From Owenia fusiformis (taxonomy: Eukaryota): a DNA stretch of 64,000 bases. Positions 59,781-64,000 of this stretch are shown piece by piece. A model generated the notes under the pieces. It was not told the origin of the DNA, made no database searches, and saw only the letters and a list, made by a program, of their open reading frames with translations. The stretch is taken from the NCBI GenBank assembly GCA_903813345.2, contig CAIIXF020000001.1:4402001-4466000 (forward strand), in the 5' to 3' direction. The position numbers and the translations under genes are program-made. How positions within the stretch are numbered: position 1 is the stretch's first letter; each line of letters starts with the position of its first letter.

Positions 59781-61283
59781 ATATTTTTATTTTGGAATCA
59801 ATGAACCTGGTGTGTTTTTCTATATTTATCAGGAAGTTTGTCTTTTTGTCTGTAAGGAAAATATACATTTGGCATGCATTCTTTGTAACAAGTCAAAGGG
59901 AAATGGTTATATGCATGGTTATCTGTGAATAGATATATAAAGATACAGTGAAAGAATACAATTTTAGTAGTTAGATCAACAAATTGTTTCTGAAAAGAAA
60001 ACTTGATACTGAAAAACTGAATTGAAAGTTGATATTCTAAAATCATTTTTTTCATTTAAAAATGAGCTAAAATGTGAAGGGATGTCATAGTTTTTTTATT
60101 TACACCACCACAATAATAACACTTATGTTCTTCAAAGAATTGTTCGAGATATACATTCTTTACCTATTTTACCTTTAGTGCATAATATAATATTGTAACT
60201 ACATTGTTTTCTTATTTTTAGAGAATATTTCATGATTGTCTATAGAAAAATGCAGAGACTATAGTATCTGAAATACCATGTTGATTATACACTTTCAGTA
60301 CATCTAAGTAGAATCATTTTATGTCATTACTCTAAATACAGCAATCAGCATTTCATTCAATTTTTTGTGAGAGCTGACATGCCATATTAAGCAAAGGAGA
60401 TTTACCATTTACAGGGCAACTGGAAATATTTTGAGATTGCGTGCCTGAGGAAGGAGGTGAATATATCTAATAGTGATATTCTAATCAATGAAACTGTTAA
60501 AAATAGTAATGCTGCAGAGGTTGATGAAGTAGACAGTTGATGTGATAAGGGTGTTTGTATTGACCACCCAGTCTGCAAAACCATGATAGGCCAACATTAT
60601 GCCTAATATTGTGCCTGTATTGGTACGCATTGTTCTTTATGATAGGGATTATGCTTTTAATTAATCTTATCCAATATAATAGATGAAAAAACATGCAAGA
60701 ATCTTTTAAAAGATTGATCTGAAAATACCAAAAACTTTTATTTTGAATCCTCTATCATGTAGGAACATGATGCAATTTTTATATATTTTTTGATATACCA
60801 GGTAGTACCCCAAACAGGCCAAATGTGATCTTGCATCTATACAAATCCTCATTTCATATTGAAATGCTCTTCTTTTTGGGCCTTACGTGCTATTATTTCG
60901 GTATGAGATACCAGAGATAAGAAAAACAAATTTTTAAGAAAAGTGTAATTTATTTAATCATTGGTAACAATTTATGATGATACAACTGTAATAAGTTGCA
61001 AACATAATAGCTTAGATTTGAAGTTTACAACACCAAAATGATATAAAACAAAAAATGATGGAATAGCATAAGTGAAAATGTATATTATATAATATATGGA
61101 ATTCATTTGTGTGATATATATGTACAGTATATGCTAGAAAAATCCTACTCTACAATAACTTGAATTCACACACATCATGCCATATGAGTTTCCTAGTATT
61201 TCAATTTTTTCATCTAAATCTTTGATCATTTTACGATATGTAAAAGTTCATTAGAATTTTAACAAGCTGAATATACATGTATA

Positions 61284-61354
61284 CAGGGTGTCAAAAAGCA
61301 TTTAACATTCAGTACTAGCTGTAGAGGGGAATGCTGTTGTTTTTTGACACCCTG
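61284..61354. mobile_element. Minimal Tc1/mariner-type MITE
   Basis: TA|CAGGGTGTCAAAAA ... TTTTTGACACCCTG|TA. Confidence 0.6.
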
Positions 61355-63380
61355 TACATACAAGTATAATTAACCTCTTTACAGTATAAAGATCTCATTT
61401 ATGATGCCCCATCCCTTCTTCCTCTCTTCCCCTCCCTCTATTTCTCAATCACAGATGGTTTACGTAAGGACATTGACATAAAATAATATCGTTGATATTA
61501 CTTGATATTATGAGAGTGCTTTGAGATGTAGTACTTTCCTTAATTTCTCGTATCGGATATATTCATCTAGTGAGATGCAGTCACCATGGTAACCAGGGAT
61601 TTAGATTCACTCTTGATAGTATTGCGGGGTATTGAGGTATGAAAATCTGCTAGCGGCCTATTGTTCTAATACACACCTCTATACACACTTTATGCTAATG
61701 TAATAAACTTATTGGATCTGTAATGTGATCTGTGTCATTTCTGTTCTGTTCATTTTGCAGCTTTAGCAGAATCATGGACTTTCTCTTGAAATCCCATGGC
61801 AGAATATGCCAATTAGCTTGATGTAAATTTTGTCTTTGAATGAGATTTACATATCACACATGACAGGGCATTTGAATTCTAGTGGATTGAATCTTAGAAT
61901 TTATATGTGCTAAATTAGGTATCATAGATTTGCATCTAATGAAATTTCTGTTGTATTATATATTGTATCTCTAAATATACAATACATTTTTGGTTTTTGT
62001 AATTCACTTTGTATTGAAAGATGGTGATATGTTAGGTTCTCAAAGGTTAATAGACAAGTTTCAGCATCACGATAGTATAAGGGGTCTAACTTGAGTATGA
62101 CAAAATTAAAACATATAAACTGTTCCCTTACGCTCAAATCAAATTAATACGATTTTTTGAGTATGATAAATATAATCATTAGGAAATAGAAATGTCATCT
62201 GTGTAAGTAAAACTTATTTATAACATATGGTCTATTGGGAATCTGCTATCATTTGATAAACAATTTTCAAAACATTTTTACTATACCCAAAATATGGTAC
62301 AGTTGTTAGCTTGGCAAGTGACAGTGTCTCACATTTTTAACTTTGCATTTCCAGGGATGCTACTTGGTATAATATCAAGAACTGATTAGCTTTTGGACAC
62401 AAGACAGCATTAAATCAAGTTGGTGCAGCACCCACCTGAGATTTGAAAAACACTGGCTTGCACCCACCTTAAAATCCATTTGCACCCACTTGAAAATGAG
62501 AAAAATCATGAAAATTGGCATATTTTCACCAATTTTTGTCTGTATTTTGAAAATGAGAATTTTGCACCCAGTTGAGAAAAATTCCTGTGGAGAACACTGC
62601 AAAAGTAGTTTTGGCGAATGTCGATTTCAAGTACGTTATCACTCTGACTGAAATTTGAATAACGATTGTTTCTACTGGGATCTATTTAGATTATTTCTAA
62701 TATCAAGTAAATGGCTTTTTATCTTTAGGAAATGGAGATGATATACTAATTTCTGTTGAACTTCAACATATTGGTCCTATTGAGGCCCAATAGGGTTGTT
62801 ATCAAGTTTAAGGAGGCTCATTTATTTTCCTCTACTCAACTTGTCTTTAATAATTCACTTTGGAATTCCTTAAGGCCCCTACAGGTTTTAAATTTTCTAA
62901 AAACAGCCAATTAGGGATGCAAGATAAAAATGTCAAACTGCATTATTGTGTTGTTATTACTATAGAAACCATTCTCGTTTTATAGGCATAAACAAGTAAA
63001 TAAGTGTGAATGATGACTACAGACTCATTGATGCGTTCTACTCAAATTCAGTTACATGTATTTCCATCTCATTCAACTTCATATTTATATTTCATCTCAT
63101 TACATTGGGTGATATAAATGATTAAAAATGAAATGTTCATGATGTCACAGTTTATGTGACATCTTAAATAAGCTAGTTAATACTATCATCATATTAAAAA
63201 ATCTTAACTATATATTGAGCAAATCATAAGTTTAATAATAACTTACAGTTTCTTAGGCAATGGTTTGACGCTACAATTATATATTCAGAATAGGATGTCC
63301 ATGGTCTGTTCATTTAGATCTACATTTTTCAGCATAATGTAGAGGAAACAACATGGCAACTTGTCCTTTTTCACATTTGA

Positions 63381-63837
63381 ACTGAGGTGTACAACAATTA
63401 TGGCACACCTTGTCACATTTAGACTGAGGTGTACAACAATTATGGCTCTCCTTGTCACACTTAGACTGAGGTGTACAACAATTATGGCACACCTTGTCAA
63501 ACTTGGACTGAGGTGTACAACAATTATGACACACCTTGTCACACTTGGACTGAGGTGTACAGCAATTATGACACACCTTGTCACACTTGGACTGAGGTGT
63601 ACAACAATTATGGCACACCTTGTCACACTTGGACTGAGGTATACAGTAATTATGGCACACCTTGCCATACTTGGACTGTGGTGTATAACAATTATGGCAC
63701 ACCTTGTCACACTTGTACTGAGGTGTACACTAATTGTGGCACACCTTGTCACACTTGGACTGTGGTGTACAACAATTTTGGCACTCCTTGTCACACTTGG
63801 ACTGAGGTGTACAACAATTTTGGCACACCTTGTCACA
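63381..63837. repeat. Minisatellite, 42-bp unit, about 11 copies
   Basis: Unit ACTGAGGTGTACAACAATTATGGCACACCTTGTCACACTTGG; explains the overlapping repetitive ORFs at 63285-63870. Confidence 0.95.
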
Positions 63838-64000
63838 ATTACAAAATGTAAAAATTATTCAATAAATTAATAAAAAATGTATGCAAGAGTTATTTTTTCA
63901 AGCTGTTTTGGAGGATATTTAGAATGTTCATAGGCAAAAAGACTGATCTACCATATAGCCATATGGGACTGTATTGTAAAGTGTCCAATTTCGTAGTCAA

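Noticed and set aside
62600-63270. Possible minus-strand exons (24-nt 63247-63270; about 62600-62681) of a gene entering from the right
   Set aside because: Splice-like signals exist, but the peptide is unrecognisable and runs into a repeat; unsupported without RNA data.
63285-63870. Four overlapping repetitive Cys/His-rich ORFs; regular array superficially like CRISPR
   Set aside because: A 42-bp minisatellite (multiple of 3) with no unique spacers, in a eukaryotic context with no cas genes.

Overview
AT-rich, intron-containing animal genomic DNA, probably a mollusc or other lophotrochozoan (inference). Four host genes were reconstructed by hand from splice sites and reading frames. (1) Calreticulin, minus strand, 6739->1723, ending in HDEL, with a candidate in-frame cassette exon. 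(2) Head-to-head with it, a C19orf44/DUF4614-like gene, plus strand, 7496->32973. Three back-to-back ERSE-like modules lie in and around this pair. (3) Nested antisense in intron 6 of the C19orf44-like gene, a 4-exon gene for a 238-aa secreted protein (27839->25097). It has the hallmarks of a long-chain four-helix cytokine of the Unpaired/IL-6 type: WxxPCG and RDYIILRD motifs, intron phases 1-0-0, TATA+Inr, STAT/kB/ISRE-like sites and an AU-rich 3' UTR. This is the most interesting object in the window. (4) A large orphan single-coding-exon ORF (about 1381 aa, 35785-39930) with myristoylation-like and PDZ-ligand-like termini. The rest is rich in mobile DNA: an Academ-like foldback, a Transib-like MITE hosting a Helentron-type element, a four-element nested insertion producing a chimeric 1108-aa RT-RNaseH-RT ORF, a tRNA-containing solo LTR (Helenus-like) interrupted by a P-like MITE, several other MITEs and a 42-bp minisatellite. 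No database searches were run; family assignments rest on recognised motifs.
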